This document shows positions 12,331-26,900 of a stretch of DNA of 64,000 nt, piece after piece. The notes beneath the pieces are model-generated. The model saw nothing but the letters and a program-made list of their open reading frames with translations. It made no database searches and was not told the DNA's origin. Each line of letters opens with the position of its first letter. Position 1 is the stretch's first letter. Made by a program: the position numbers and the translations under genes. The stretch is from Eledone cirrhosa (taxonomy: Eukaryota), in contig OZ024747.1 of NCBI GenBank assembly GCA_964016885.1, positions 49,848,001 through 49,912,000 of the forward strand. Direction: 5' to 3'.

Positions 12331-12912
12331 ACCAACAATAAAAACAAAACTTTTTTTCTGCCTCTTCTAGTGTAAACTGGCTTTAAAAAGTGCCAGAAGA
12401 CCTAAATTTATCCTTCAACTATCAAATCAGAGTATGTTAACTCAAGCTAAAAACACATTGGTATGTTTTCCATCTTGTGGTGTGGTGTGTTAATGTGCAT
12501 GTGTGAGTGTGTGTGTGTGTGCATGTGTATGTGTGTGTGTGTATGTGTATGTGCATGTGTGTGTGTGCATGCGTGTGCATGTGTGTGTGTGTGTGTGTGT
12601 GTCTGTGTGTGTGCGTGTGTATGTGCTTGTGTGTGTGCATGTGTGTGTGTGTGTGTGCATGTGTGTGTATGTGCATGTGTGTGCATGTGTGTGTTTGTGT
12701 GTGTGTATATAAGTGTATGTGAAGCTGAAGAACACAAGGTATGTAACATGGTAGAATGGCTTCACCATATGAAATAACAGCATGGAGTAAATTTGAGGTC
12801 AAAACAAAGAGGAAATACAAAGGGCAAGAGTTGTTGATAAGGTGGCAGACTCTGTGACAAAAGGAGTTTCACAAATAATGAGTTCATTGACCAACTGATC
12901 AATTAATAATAA

Positions 12913-13120
12913 TTTTTAATTTAGGCACAAGGCTAACAATTTGAGGGGAGAGGAAATTCAATTATATCGACCCCAATATTTGGCTAGTACTTTATTTTAT
13001 CACCCTCAAAAGAATGAAAGGCAAAGTTGACCTCAGTGGGATTTGAACTCAGAATGTAGAAAGTCATAACAAAATATCCCAAAGTATTTGTCCGATGCTC
13101 TAACAACCCTGCTAATCCAA
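12913..13120 (-). mobile_element. Nin-type SINE (partial copies also at 7628-7722 and 13140-13212)
   Basis: Reverse-complement core ATGAAAGGCAAAGTTGACCTC..GGATTTGAACTC. Confidence 0.72.
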
Positions 13121-13289
13121 CAAATTTACCTGATTAATAATTGTTTCTACTTTTGGCACAAGGCCGGCAATTATCCCAGTACGTTACTGGTACTTTATTT
13201 TATCGACCCCACAGATTAATAATAAAAACTGAAGTGAAAATCAATTGGTGTCCCTCCCAAAGTATAACAACATCTGCTTCAACACACTG

Positions 13290-13495
13290 TTTCACAGGAA
13301 ATTCCAGTGGAAGGAAACCGCAGTAGAGGACAATCAAGAAAGACCAGGGCAGAGGTGGTGAGAGTTGACCCCTCAAATTGCTGAGACTCACAGAGGAGAT
13401 GACAAAGAAGTGCAATGAGTGGAGAGATGCTGTGCTGAGAAGGACCTGTCCAACCCATGCAAGCGTGAAAAAACGGACATAAAAATGATGATGAT
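13290..13495 (+). mobile_element. RTE LINE 3' end fragment
   Basis: Homologous to the 3' end of 8049-9012; (GAT)n tail. Confidence 0.8.
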
Positions 13496-13547
13496 TATAT
13501 ATATGATTATATATGATGATTATATATATATATATAGAGAGAGAGAG

Positions 13548-14194
13548 TATTGAAGTTTGCTTGAAGCATTGTGGAACAATAAGTAAATATCTATAAGTCA
13601 TTTGGAAGCCTCGACAATGCAAATGGGTAAATCTCCGGGTAACAAGGTCCGGTGGTGGAGAGAGAGATGTAAGTGGGTGTACGTTGAGATGCGTGGTGTG
13701 TATAAGATGTGTGAGATGTGTAGAATGGAGGGAAGAGTAAAAGGATAAAAATAAAAATAACAACACAAGAGAGAGTTACCTTGGGAGAGATTTAATAGTC
13801 CCTATATATTTCGGATTCACATCCATCAACTGGGGTTTTTTTCCGGGGTGGGGGAAAAGGTTGTCTGTCGGACAAGTCCGGAAGGCGTCTTTCGTTGTTT
13901 GCTGATTTGAATATCCGACAGACAACCTTTTCCCCCACCCTGGAAAAAAACCCCAGTTGATGGATGTGAATCCGAAATATATAGGGACTATTAAATCTCT
14001 CCCAAGGTAACTCTCTCTTGTGTTGTTATTTTTATTTTTATCCTTTTACTCTTCCCTCCATTCTACACATCTCACACATCTTATACACACCACGCATCTC
14101 AACGTACACCCACTTACATCTCTCTCTCCACCACCGGACCTTGTTACCCGGAGATTTACTCATTTGCATTGTTGAGGCTTCCAAACGACTTATA
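13548..14194. mobile_element. fold-back PLE-type terminal repeat (arms 13592-13872 / 13914-14194)
   Basis: ~280-bp near-perfect inverted repeat with 41-bp spacer. One arm has an extra tail; the other runs into (TA)n. HHR-like motif at 13951-13986. Confidence 0.7.
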
Positions 14195-14211
14195 TATATA
14201 TATATATATAT

Positions 14212-15149
14212 AAAACGAAGGAGGTGTGGTAAGGAACCAGATGGACCATAACGCACCAGAGTACTCAATACTTAGGGTAGTAGAGTGGGTAATAGGAAAA
14301 TGTATGACCCCGACGGCAGAGCTCAAGCCGTTTCGACGGCTATTTCTGGACTAAATTAGAATTTTTAGTGTGGTAAATAAATAGCCGAACTTTTCAAGGG
14401 GTAATTCCTTATATGGGAAGATTGTAGTTGTCAAGAGGATTGGTCAAAATTTCTTGTAAACACAATTAAGTCTTTCATGGCAGTGGGTGGGAGGTGGGGG
14501 TGGCTGGACTTGCCTGTAGAACAATGAGGAAGTGGGTGGAGCTGGTCAAGCATTGAAAGTGAATTCTATACAGCAAATTCTAAGGAGTGTGTATGACAAT
14601 AGGCTAGATATGAAGCAGGTAACAAAGGATTCTGGAGAAAATAGAGAGGGGACGTTATAGAATAGGTTAATAAATTGAGAATATAATAAATAAAAAAAAA
14701 AACATAAAAATATAAGATTGGATAGTGAGAAGTAATAAAAAATCTCTAGAGTCTAAAACAGCTGCTATATTTAGTTGGTGTTGCGTTTTTGGCCAATGTT
14801 ATAGAATAGGTTAATAAATTGAGAATATAATAAATTAAAAAAAAAAACATAAAAATATAAGATTGGATAGTAGAATAATAAAAAATCTCTAGGGTCTAAA
14901 ACAGCTGCTATAATTAGTTGGTGTTGCGTTTTCCGGCCAATGGTATATATAATTTACTGGGGGTGGGGGTACTGAGGCTACAAAAGCCTGATGGGCTGCC
15001 TCGGGTCAATCCTCTTGACAACTACAATCTTCCCATATAAGGAATTACTTGAAAAGTTTCGCTATTTATTTACCACGCTAAAAATTCTACTTTAGTCCAG
15101 AAATAGCCGTCAAAATGGCTTGAGCTCTGCCGTTGGGGTCATACATTTT

Positions 15150-15152
<3 letters not shown>
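14212..15152 (-). mobile_element. PLE pLTR-type fragment with inverted partial copy and internal ~145-bp tandem duplication
   Basis: 14293-14441 is inverted at 15007-15152; 14653-14797 is duplicated at 14798-14941; third copy at 55490-55703; (TA)n on both sides. Confidence 0.72.
14304..14405 (-). ncRNA. type I hammerhead ribozyme, U3-A8 covariant core
   Basis: attacccc-UUGAAAA-g..cggctattt/aaatagccg.c-GAAA-cggc/gccg-UC-ggggtcat; GUC cleavage triplet. Confidence 0.8.
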
Positions 15153-15182
<30 letters not shown>

Positions 15183-15185
<3 letters not shown>

Positions 15186-15502
15186 GGAGGTGAGTTTTAT
15201 TGTAGTACAATAAAGCAATGCAGATATCGGATAAGAAGCACTCTACAGTTTGTGGGACTGGAGTATGCATAATATAAGATCAAAAGATGGTTAAAGGAGT
15301 TCCATATATTTTATTATGCGCATTTCAAAAACAAACATCATATGTTGATTTAAAACTGCACTATCAACAAGTGTTTTTTTAGCCTTCATATCATGTTCTC
15401 CTGTTTTATCTGATGAAAACACAAATATTATTGCTTGATGATGTTTGTTTTTGAAATGCGCATAATAAAATATATGGAACTCCTTTAACCATCTTTTGAT
15501 CT

Positions 15503-15510
<8 letters not shown>
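15183..15510. mobile_element. short HHR-bearing fold-back element (family also at 37021-37276 and 61399-61817)
   Basis: Inverted arms; three insertions, each inside (TA)n. Confidence 0.8.
15403..15471 (+). ncRNA. minimal type I hammerhead ribozyme
   Basis: gttttat-CUGAUGA-long stem II-GAAA-tgcgca-UA-ataaaat; palindromic stem III. Confidence 0.82.
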
Positions 15511-15545
<35 letters not shown>

Positions 15546-16964
15546 TAATGTTTCATAGGCAAAAAAAGCATATAAGATATAGCTTATTCTTGTCTCAGTA
15601 CTGAGTAAGTAAATGTCACCAATGATGAATTATAATCTAGAAACACTTGTCTGACATTCTTACATGGTTTCTGAGATATCTATGACATGATCATAGCTTA
15701 AATAATTTATAGTGAGACTCTTGTATGTTTATTATAGATAAACATATGCTATATATTTTAGTTGCTATACAACAATGGATGTCAGTTTATGATAACAACA
15801 AGTTATTGATTTACCATCAACATTGATAAGAATTAAGTGAAATATTTAATTTTTGACAATATCAATGACAAATCAATTGATTGAAATAGTTTTACAGAAC
15901 ATAGGGCATTCTTAATTTCATTTCTATAAAATAATGGACAGAGAAGACATTAAGCTAGAAACATATTTTCTGTGTTAGTACAGAGCCATGGCAGTGTGTC
16001 ATAACCAATTATTCTTATTTTAGATAAATCTTTGTTTTATTTTCATTCATATTTGTACTTTCTCTGCTTTCAGTCTATTGACCAATATTCACAGTCTTAT
16101 TATCTTGAAAGAATGGAGACTATGTAGAGAGGAGAGAACAAGAGAATGTTTCTAATGTTAGTGCTATATAAAATGCACCTAGTACAATCTGTAAGGTGGT
16201 TGTCCATTGAATGGAAATGGCGATAGTATAGAGTAGAGAGGACTTCTTAGTCTTGCAGAGGACAAGACAACTTCTTTAATATTGGTGCCATGATAAAACG
16301 CACCCGGTACACTCTGTAAAATTGTTGTTGATTGAATGGAGTCAGTAAAGAGTAGAGAGATCTCTTCAGCCTTGTCAGTGACTTGACAAAAGCTCCAGTG
16401 CTGTTGCTATGATTAAATGCTCCCAGTGCTTTCTGTAAATTAGTTGGTGTTACAAAGACCATCAAGCTATATAAACTGTGTAAAAAAATGTAACATTTGA
16501 TATGGTTGGGGCCTCTATCATTAAAACACTCAAGAAACGTCCTATGAGATGCAATCTTTTTAGAGGCCAGCTAAACCTACTTAGGTGTGAACTGTAAATA
16601 TTTTCTTCTCCAAGGATAAGTAAAAGTATGTGGTCAATTTATTGTATACACCTGTCAACCAGGATTCATGTGTTTAAGAAATTAACATCTTAAATCCCCC
16701 CCCCCCCCTCCCCAAAAAAATCTCACAAACAAAGAAACAACAACATATTACCATATTTGGGTTAATTTAATTCCAGCCAACACTATGATTCTTTTATTAT
16801 TTAACTGGTTTTGGCCATGCTGGGTCACTACCTACGAAAGGCTTTAATCAATCATATCAATCAGCGTACTTATTTTTTCAAATCATCTTGTTTGGTATGT
16901 ATTTTATCAGTCATCTCTTAACTAACGGCTAAGTTATGAGACAAATAGACATACATACATGATG

Positions 16965-17193
16965 GAACAGGAAAATGTGGTGGAAGAGTTTATGGAAAGT
17001 AAAGAACTTCCCTGTTAAATATAGGTTTGGTAAAACTCTACATGATACATACGACGAGACGGAAGAAGAGTTAAATATATACAATGTAGAAGACTATTGG
17101 AAATTTCTATGAGACAACTCAATAGAGACTATCGAGGAAGCTTGTGGCAAGAGCAAAGAACCAGTCAGATAGAATGGAACGTGGTGAAGGAAC
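16965..17193 (+). pseudogene. old RTE LINE relic (EN-RT linker)
   Basis: NVEDYWKFL*DNSIETIEEACGKSKEPVR*NGTW*RN aligns without gaps to NVEENWEFLKNNLLEATDEVCGWSKTSSRRRVTWWWN of the intact ORF. Confidence 0.8.
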
Positions 17194-17947
17194 TGTAGCG
17201 GAACTACTTCATACCTTGACTTGTGTTACATACCTTTGCTTGACTTGTGTTACCTTTTCAGATATTTTCTTCTCAATTTTATCGACATTTTATTCACAGT
17301 CTAAGCAGAAGGGGATATAGCGGAACTACTTCATACCTTGCAACAACACTATTTCATATGTGATTTGGTTAAACAAACCAATCGTATTAGATCGCGTATG
17401 AATACATTGTTGCCTCCTCCTTGTAAAACCTTCTAGTTGAGTAGAGATGACCCTGGGCAGCAAGATGAGAAGACGTACTATGGAATAATGCCTACATATT
17501 CCTCGTATTTTCCTGTGAAGAGGAACTAAATATTTATCAACGAGAGGTATTCAACATTTCAGGAATTGTTCTATTATGGTATGTTTTCAACATGAGATAT
17601 TCAACATTTCCTGTTTTGTTCTAGGAACTATCTGCCCAGCTTCAACCTAATGGCCAGTAATTGCTTTCATTTCTTATATCCTCCTGTGTATATAAATTTG
17701 GCCTTCAAACAATGAATATGTATTTATATCGAATTCAGTGTTAAAAACATAATTATATATAGATGGATGTCAGAAGCCTGTCACTGCAAGAAAAAGAAGA
17801 AGGACCACACTGACCAAGGTATTTCTGCAAGACCTCCTCTAGAGGGAATTGAATTATACAATTGTTTGTGATAAACAAGGTCTATAAGTGTTTCAACCTG
17901 TAATTATTAAAAGGTATTAATAGGCATTTTACTCTCTTTTCATTATC
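17194..17947 (+). mobile_element. possible solo LTR interrupting the first satellite monomer
   Basis: Starts TGTAGCGGAA; flanked by 4-bp GAAC/GAAC; internal TATA-like motif. The 3' end lacks a clean CA. Confidence 0.45.
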
Positions 17948-20900
17948 GAACACCACTGTTAATAAAAGGGGACTAGGTGAATGAACAGTCATGTTGATAG
18001 AAGGGAACTTGGTGAAGGAACACTCTTGTGGATAGAAGGGAACTTGATGAAGGAACAGTCCTTTTAATAAAAGGGAACTTGGTGAAGGAACACTCCTGTT
18101 GATAGAAAGGAACTAGGTGAAGGAACAACACTGTTGATAGAAGGGAACTAGGTGAAGGAACAACACTGTGGATAGAAGGGAACTAGGTGAAGGAACAACA
18201 CTGTGGATAGAAGGGAACTAGGTGAAGGAACAACACTGTTGATAGAAGGGAACTAGGTGAAGGAACAACACTGTGGATAGAAGGGAACTAGGTGAAGGAA
18301 CAACACTGTTAATAGAAGGGAACTAGGTGAAGGAACAACACTGTTGATAGAAGGGAACTAGGTGAAGGAACAACACTGTGGATAGAAGGGAACTAGGTGA
18401 AGGAACAACACTGTGGATAGAAGGGAACTAGGTGAAGGAACACTCCTGTTGATAGAAGGGAACTAGGTGAAGGAACACTCCTGTTGATAGAAGGGAACTT
18501 GGTGAAGGAACACTCCTGTTGATAGAAGGGAACTAGGTGAAGGAACAACACTGTGGATAGAAGGGAACTAGGTGAAGGAACAACACTGTTGATAGAAGGG
18601 AACTTGGTGAAGGAACAACACGGTTGATAGAAGGGAACTTGGTGAAGGAACAACACTGTTGATAGAAGGGAAATTGGTGAGGGAACAACACTGTTGATAG
18701 AAGGGAACTAGGTGAAGGAACAACACTGTTGATAGAAGGGAACTTGGTGAAGGAACACTCTTGTGGATAGAAGGGAACTTGATGAAGGAACAGTCCTTTT
18801 AATAAAAGGGAACTTGGTGAAGGAACACTCCTGTTGATAGAAGGGAACTAGGTGAAGGAACAACACTGTTAATAGAAGGGAACTAGGTGAAGGAACAACG
18901 CTGTTGATAGAAGGGAACTTGGTGAAGGAACAACACTGTTGATAGAAGGGAACTAGGTGAAGGAACAACACTGTTGATAGAAGGGAACTTGGTGAAGGAA
19001 CAACACTGTTGATAGAAGGGAACTTGGTGAAGGAACAACACTGTTGATAGAAGGGAACTAGGTGAAGGAACAACACTGGATAGAAGGGAACTTGGTGAAG
19101 GAACAACACTGTTGATAGAAGGGAACTTGGTGAAGGAACAACACTGTTGATAGAAGGGAACTAGGTGAAGGAACAACACTGTGGATAGAAGGGAACTAGG
19201 TGATGGAACAACACTGTGGATAGAAGGGAACTAGGTGAAGGAACAACACTGTTGATAGAAGGGAACTAGGTGAAGGAACAACACTGTGGATAGAAGGGAA
19301 CTAGGTGAAGGAACAACACTGTTGATAGAAGGGAACTTGGTGAAGGAACAACACTGTTGATAGAAGGGAACTAGGTGAAGGAACAACACTGTTGATAGAA
19401 GGGAACTAGGTGAAGGAACAACACTGTTGATAGAAGGGAACTAGGTGAAGGAACAACACTGTTGATAGAAGGGAACTAGGTGAAGGAACAACACTGTTGA
19501 TAGAAGGGAACTTGGTGAAGGAACAACACTGTTGATAGAAGGGAACTAGGTGAAGGAACAACACTGTTGATAGAAGGGAACTTGGTGAAGGAACAACACT
19601 GTTGATAGAAGGGAACTAGGTGAAGGAACAACACTGTTGATAGAAGGGAACTAGGTGAAGGAACAACACTGTTGATAGAAGGGAACTAGGTGAAGGAACA
19701 ACACTGTTGATAGAAGGGAACTAGGTGAAGGAACAACACTGTTGATAGAAGGGAACTTGGTGAAGGAACAACACTGTGGATAGAAGGGAACTAGGTGAAG
19801 GAACAACACTGTGGATAGAAGGGAACTAGGTGAAGGAACAACACTGTTGATAGAAGGGAACTAGGTGAAGGAACAACACTGTTGATAGAAGGGAACTAGG
19901 TGAAGGAACAACACTGTTGATAGAAGGGAACTAGGTGAAGGAACAACACTGTTGATAGAAGGGAACTAGGTGAAGGAACAACACTGTTGATAGAAGGGAA
20001 CTAGGTGAAGGAACAACACTGTGGATAGAAGGGAACTAGGTGAAGGAACAACACTGTTGATAGAAGGGAACTAGGTGAAGGAACAACACTGTTGATAGAA
20101 GGGAACTAGGTGAAGGAACAACACTGTGGATAGAAGGGAACTAGGTGAAGGAACAACACTGTTAATAGAAGGGAACTAGGTGAAGGAACAACACTGTTGA
20201 TAGAAGGGAACTAGGTGAAGGAACAACACTGTGGATAGAAGGGAACTAGGTGAAGGAACAACACTGTGGATAGAAGGGAACTAGGTGAAGGAACACTCCT
20301 GTTGATAGAAGGGAACTAGGTGAAGGAACACTCCTGTTGATAGAAGGGAACTTGGTGAAGGAACACTCCTGTTGATAGAAGGGAACTAGGTGAAGGAACA
20401 ACACTGTGGATAGAAGGGAACTAGGTGAAGGAACAACACTGTTGATAGAAGGGAACTTGGTGAAGGAACAACACGGTTGATAGAAGGGAACTTGGTGAAG
20501 GAACAACACTGTTGATAGAAGGGAACTTGGTGAGGGAACAACACTGTTGATAGAAGGGAACTAGGTGAAGGAACAACACTGTTGATAGAAGGGAACTTGG
20601 TGAAGGAACACTCTTGTGGATAGAAGGGAACTTGATGAAGGAACAGTCCTTTTAATAAAAGGGAACTTGGTGAAGGAACACTCCTGTTGATAGAAGGGAA
20701 CTAGGTGAAGGAACAACACTGTTAATAGAAGGGAACTAGGTGAAGGAACAACGCTGTTGATAGAAGGGAACTTGGTGAAGGAACAACACTGTTGATAGAA
20801 GGGAACTAGGTGAAGGAACAACACTGTTGATAGAAGGGAACTTGGTGAAGGAACAACACTGTTGATAGAAGGGAACTTGGTGAAGGAACAACACTGTTGA

Positions 20901-23900
20901 TAGAAGGGAACTAGGTGAAGGAACAACACTGGATAGAAGGGAACTTGGTTAAGGAACAACACTGTTGATAGAAGGGAACTTGGTGAAGGAACAACACTGT
21001 TGATAGAAGGGAACTAGGTGAAGGAACAACACTGTGGATAGAAGGGAACTAGGTGATGGAACAACACTGTGGATAGAAGGGAACTAGGTGAAGGAACAAC
21101 ACTGTTGATAGAAGGGAACTAGGTGAAGGAACAACACTGTGGATAGAAGGGAACTAGGTGAAGGAACAACACTGTTGATAGAAGGGAACTAGGTGAAGGA
21201 ACAACACTGTTGATAGAAGGGAACTTGGTGAAGAAACAACACTGTTGATAGAAGGGAACTAGGTGAAGGAACAACACTGTTGATAGAAGGGAACTAGGTG
21301 AAGGAACAACACTGTTGATAGAAGGGAACTAGGTGAAGGAACAACACTGTTGATAGAAGGGAACTAGGTGAAGGAACAACACTGTTGATAGAAGGGAACT
21401 TGGTGAAGGAACAACACTGTGGATAGAAGGGAACTAGGTGAAGGAACAACACTGTGGATAGAAGGGAACTAGGTGAAGGAACAACACTGTTGATAGAAGG
21501 GAACTAGGTGAAGGAACAACACTGTTGATAGAAGGGAACTAGGTGAAGGAACAACACTGTTGATAGAAGGGAACTAGGTGAAGGAACAACACTGTTGATA
21601 GAAGGGAACTAGGTGAAGGAACAACACTGTTGATAGAAGGGAACTAGGTGAAGGAACAACACTGTGGATAGAAGGGAACTAGGTGAAGGAACAACACTGT
21701 TGATAGAAGGGAACTAGGTGAAGGAACAACACTGTTGATAGAAGGGAACTAGGTGAAGGAACAACACTGTTGATAGAAGGGAACTAGGTGAAGGAACAAC
21801 ACTGTGGATAGAAGGGAACTAGGTGAAGGAACAACACTGTTGATAGAAGGGAACTAGGTGAAGGAACAACACTGTTGATAGAAGGGAACTAGGTGAAGGA
21901 ACAACACTGTGGATAGAAGGGAACTAGGTGAAGGAACAACACTGTGGATAGAAGGGAACTAGGTGAAGGAACAACACTGTTGATAGAAGGGAACTAGGTG
22001 AAGGAACAACACTGTTGATAGAAGGGAACAAGGTGAAGGAAGAACACTGTTGATAGAAGGGAACTAGGTGAAGGAACAACACTGTTGATAGAAGGGAACT
22101 AGGTGAAGGAACAACACTGTTGATAGAAGGGAACTAGGTGAAGGAACAACACTGTGGATAGAAGGGAACTAGGTGAAGGAACAACACTGTTGATAGAAGG
22201 GAACTAGGTGAAGGAACAACACTGTTGATAGAAGGGAACTTGGTGAAGGAACAACACTGTGGATAGAAGGGAACTAGGTGAAGGAACAACACTGTGGATA
22301 TAAGGGAACTAGGTGAAGGAACAACACTGTTGATAGAAGGGAACTAGGTGAAGGAACAACACTGTTGATAGAAGGGAACTAGGTGAAGGAACAACACTGT
22401 TGATAGAAGGGAACTAGGTGAAGGAACAACACTGTTGATAGAAGGGAACTAGGTGAAGGAACAACACTGTTGATAGAAGGGAACTAGGTGAAGGAACAAC
22501 ACTGTGGATAGAAGGGAACTAGGTGAAGGAACAACACTGTGGATAGAAGGGAACTAGGTGAAGGAACAACACTGTTGATAGAAGGGAACTAGGTGAAGGA
22601 ACAACACTGTTGATAGAAGGGAACTTGGTGAAGGAACAACACTGTGGATAGAAGGGAACTAGGTGAAGGAACAACACTGTGGATAGAAGGGAACTAGGTG
22701 AAGGAACAACACTGTTGATAGAAGGGAACTAGGTGAAGGAACAACACTGTTGATAGAAGGGAACTTGGTGAAGGAACAACACTGTGGATAGAAGGGAACT
22801 AGGTGAAGGAACAACACTATTGATAGAAGGGAACTAGGTGAAGGAACAACACTGTTGATAGAAGGGAACTAGGTGAAGGAACAACACTGTTGATAGAAGG
22901 GAACTAGGTGAAGGAACAACACTGTTGATAGAAGGGAACTAGGTGAAGGAACAACACTGTTGATAGAAGGGAACTAGGTGAAGGAACAACACTGTTGATA
23001 GAAGGGAACTAGGGGAAGGAACAACACTGTGGATAGAAGGGAACTAGGTGAAGGAACAACACTGTTGATAGAAGGGAACTAGGTGAAGGAACAACACTGT
23101 TGATAGAAGGGAACTAGGTGAAGGAACAACACTGTTGATAGAAGGGAACTAGGTGAAGGAACAACACTGTGGATAGAAGGGAACTAGGTGAAGGAACAAC
23201 ACTGTTGATAGAAGGGAACTAGGTGAAGGAACAACACTGTTGATAGAAGGGAACTAGGTGAAGGAACAACACTGTGGATAGAAGGGAACTAGGTGAAGGA
23301 ACAACACTGTGGATAGAAGGGAACTAGGTGAAGGAACAACACTGTTGATAGAAGGGAACTAGGTGAAGGAACAACACTGTGGACAGAAGGGAACTAGGTG
23401 AAGGAACAACACTGTTGATAGAAGGGAACTAGGTGAAGGAACAACACTGTTGATAGAAGGGAACTAGGTGAAGGAACAACACAGTGGATAGAAGGGAACT
23501 AGGTGAAGGAACAACACTGTTGATAGAAGGGAACTAGGTGAAGGAACAACACTGTTGATAGAAGGAAACTAGGTGAAGGAACAACACTGTTGATAGAAGG
23601 GAACTATGTGAAGGAACAACACTGTGGATAGAAGGGAACTAGGTGAAGGAACAACATTGTTGATAGAAGGGAACTAGGTGAAGGAACAACACTGTTGATA
23701 GAAGGGAACTAGGTGAAGGAACAACACTGTTGATAGAAGGGAACTAGGTGAAGGAACAACACTGTTGATAGAAGGGAACTAGGTGAAGGAACAACACTGT
23801 TGATAGAAGGGAACTAGGTGAAGGAACAACACTGTTGATAGAAGGGAACTAGGTGAAGGAACAACACTGTGGACAGAAGGGAACTAGGTGAAGGAACAAC

Positions 23901-26900
23901 ACTGTTGATAGAAGGGAACTAGGTGAAGGAACAACACTGTTGATAGAAGGGAACTAGGTGAAGGAACAACACTGTGGATAGAAGGGAACTAGGTGAAGGA
24001 ACAACACTGTTGATAGAAGGGAACTAGGTGAAGGAACAACACTGTTGATAGAAGGGAACTAGGTGAAGGAACAACACTGTTGATAGAAGGGAACTAGTTG
24101 AAGGAAAAACACTGTTGATAGAAGGGAACTTGGTGAAGGAGCAACACTGTTGATAGAAGGGAACTTGGTGAAGGAACAACACTGTTGATAGAAGGGAACT
24201 AGGTGAAGGAACAACACTGTTGATAGAAGGGAACTTGGTGAAGGAACAACACTGTGGATAGAAGGGAACTAGGTGAAGGAACAACACTGTGGATAGAAGG
24301 GAACTAGGTGAAGGAACAACACTGTTGATAGAAGGGAACTAGGTGAAGGAACAACACTGTTGATAGAAGGGAACTAGGTGAAGGAACAACACTGTTGATA
24401 GAAGGGAACTAGGTGAAGGAACAACACTGTTGATAGAAGGGAACTAGGTGAAGGAACAACACTGTTGATAGAAGGGAACTAGGTGAAGGAACAACACTGT
24501 TGATAGAAGGGAACTAGGTGAAGGAACAACACTGTGGATAGAAGGGAACTAGGTGAAGGAACAACACTGTGGATAGAAGGGAACTAGGTGAAGGAACAAC
24601 ACTGTTGATAGAAGGGAACTAGGTGAAGGAACAACACTGTTGATAGAAGGGAACTAGGTGAAGGAACAACACTGTTGATAGAAGGGAACTAGGTGAAGGA
24701 ACAACACTGTTGATAGAAGGGAACTAGGTGAGGGAACAACACTGTTGATAGAAGGGAACTAGGTGAAGGAACAACACTGTGGATAGAAGGGAACTAGGTG
24801 AAGGAACAACACTGTTGATAGAAGGGAACTAGGTGAAGGAACAACACTGTTGATAGAAGGGAACTTGGTGAAGGAACAACACTGTGGATACAAGGGAACT
24901 AGGTGAAGGAACAACACTGTGGATAGAAGGGAACCAGGTGAAGGAACAACACTGTTGATAGAAGGGAACTAGGTGAAGGAACAACACTGTTGATAGAAGG
25001 GAACTAGGTGAAGGAACAACACTGTTGATAGAAGGGAACTAGGTGAAGGAACAACACTGTTGATAGAAGGGAACTAGGTGAAGGAACAACACTGTTGATA
25101 GAAGGGAACTAGGTGAAGGAACAACACTGTAGATAGAAGGGAACTAGGTGAAGGAACAACACTGATGATAGAAGGGAACTAGGTGAAGGAACAACACTGT
25201 TGATAGAAGGGAACTAGGTGAAGGAACAACACTGTTGATAGAAGGGAACTAGGTGAAGGAACAACACTGTAGATAGAAGGGAACTAGGTGAAGGAACAAC
25301 ACTGTTGATAGAAGGGAACTAGGTGAAGGAACAACACTGTTGATAGAAGGGAACTAGGTGAAGGAACAACACTGTGGATAGAAGGGAACTAGGTGAAGGA
25401 ACAACACTGTTGATAGAAGGGAACTAGGTGAAGGAACAACACTGTTGATAGAAGGGAACTATGTGAAGGAACAACACTGTTGATAGAAGGGAACTAGGTG
25501 AAGGAACAACACTGTTGATAGAAGGGAACTAGGTGAAGGAACAACACTGTGGATAGAAGGGAACTAGGTGAAGGAACAACACTGTTGATAGAAGGGAACT
25601 AGGTGAAGGAACAACACTGTTGATAGAAGGAAACTAGGTGAAGGAACAACACTGTTGATAGAAGGGAACTAGGTGAAGGAACAACACTGTGGATAGAAGG
25701 GAACTAGGTGAAGGAACAACACTGTTGATAGAAGGGAACTAGGTGAAGGAACAACACTGTTGATAGAAGGGAACTAGGTGAAGGAACAACACTGTTGATA
25801 GAAGGGAACTAGGTGAAGGAACAACACTGTTGATAGAAGGAAACTAGGTGAAGGAACAACACTGTTGATAGAAGGGAACTAGGTGAAGGAACAACACTGT
25901 TGATAGAAGGGAACTAGGTGAAGGAACAACACTGTTGATAGAAGGGAACTAGGTGAAGGAACAACACTGTGGATAGAAGGGAACTAGGTGAAGGAACAAC
26001 ACTGTTGATAGAAGGGAACTAGGTGAAGGAACAACACTGTTGATAGAAGGGAACTAGGTGAAGGAACAACACTGTTGATAGAAGGAAACTAGGTGAAGGA
26101 ACAACACTGTTGATAGAAGGGAACTAGGTGAAGGAACAACACTGTGGATAGAAGGGAACTAGGTGAAGGAACAACATTGTTGATAGAAGGGAACTAGGTG
26201 AAGGAACAACACTGTTGATAGAAAGGAACTAGGTGAAGGAACAACACTGTGGTTAGAAGGGAACTAGGTGAAGGAACAACACTGTTGATAGAAGGGAACT
26301 AGGTGAAGGAACAACACTGTTGATAGAAGGGAACTAGGTGAAGGAACAACACTGTGGATAGAAGGGAACTAGGTGAAGGAACAACACTGTGGATAGAAGG
26401 GAACTAGGTGAAGGAACAACACTGTTGATAGAAGGGAACTTGGTGAAGGAACAACACTGTTGATAGAAGGGAACTAGGTGAAGGAACAACACTGTGGATA
26501 GAAGGGAACTAGGTGAAGGAACAACACTGTTGATAGAAGGGAACTAGGTGAAGGAACAACACTGTTGATAGAAGGGAACTAGGTGAAGGAACAACACTGT
26601 TGATAGAAGGGAACTAGGTGAAGGAACAACACTGTGGATAGAAGGGAACTAGGTGAAGGAACAACACTGTTGATAGAAGGGAACTAGGTGAAGGAACAAC
26701 ACTGTTGATAGAAGGAAACTAGGTGAAGGAACAACACTGTTGATAGAAGGGAACTAGGTGAAGGAACAACACTGTTGATAGAAGGGAACTAGGTGAAGGA
26801 ACAACACTGTTGATAGAAGGGAACTAGGTGAAGGAACAACACTGTGGATAGAAGGGAACTAGGTGAAGGAACAACACTGTTGATAGAAGGGAACTAGGTG

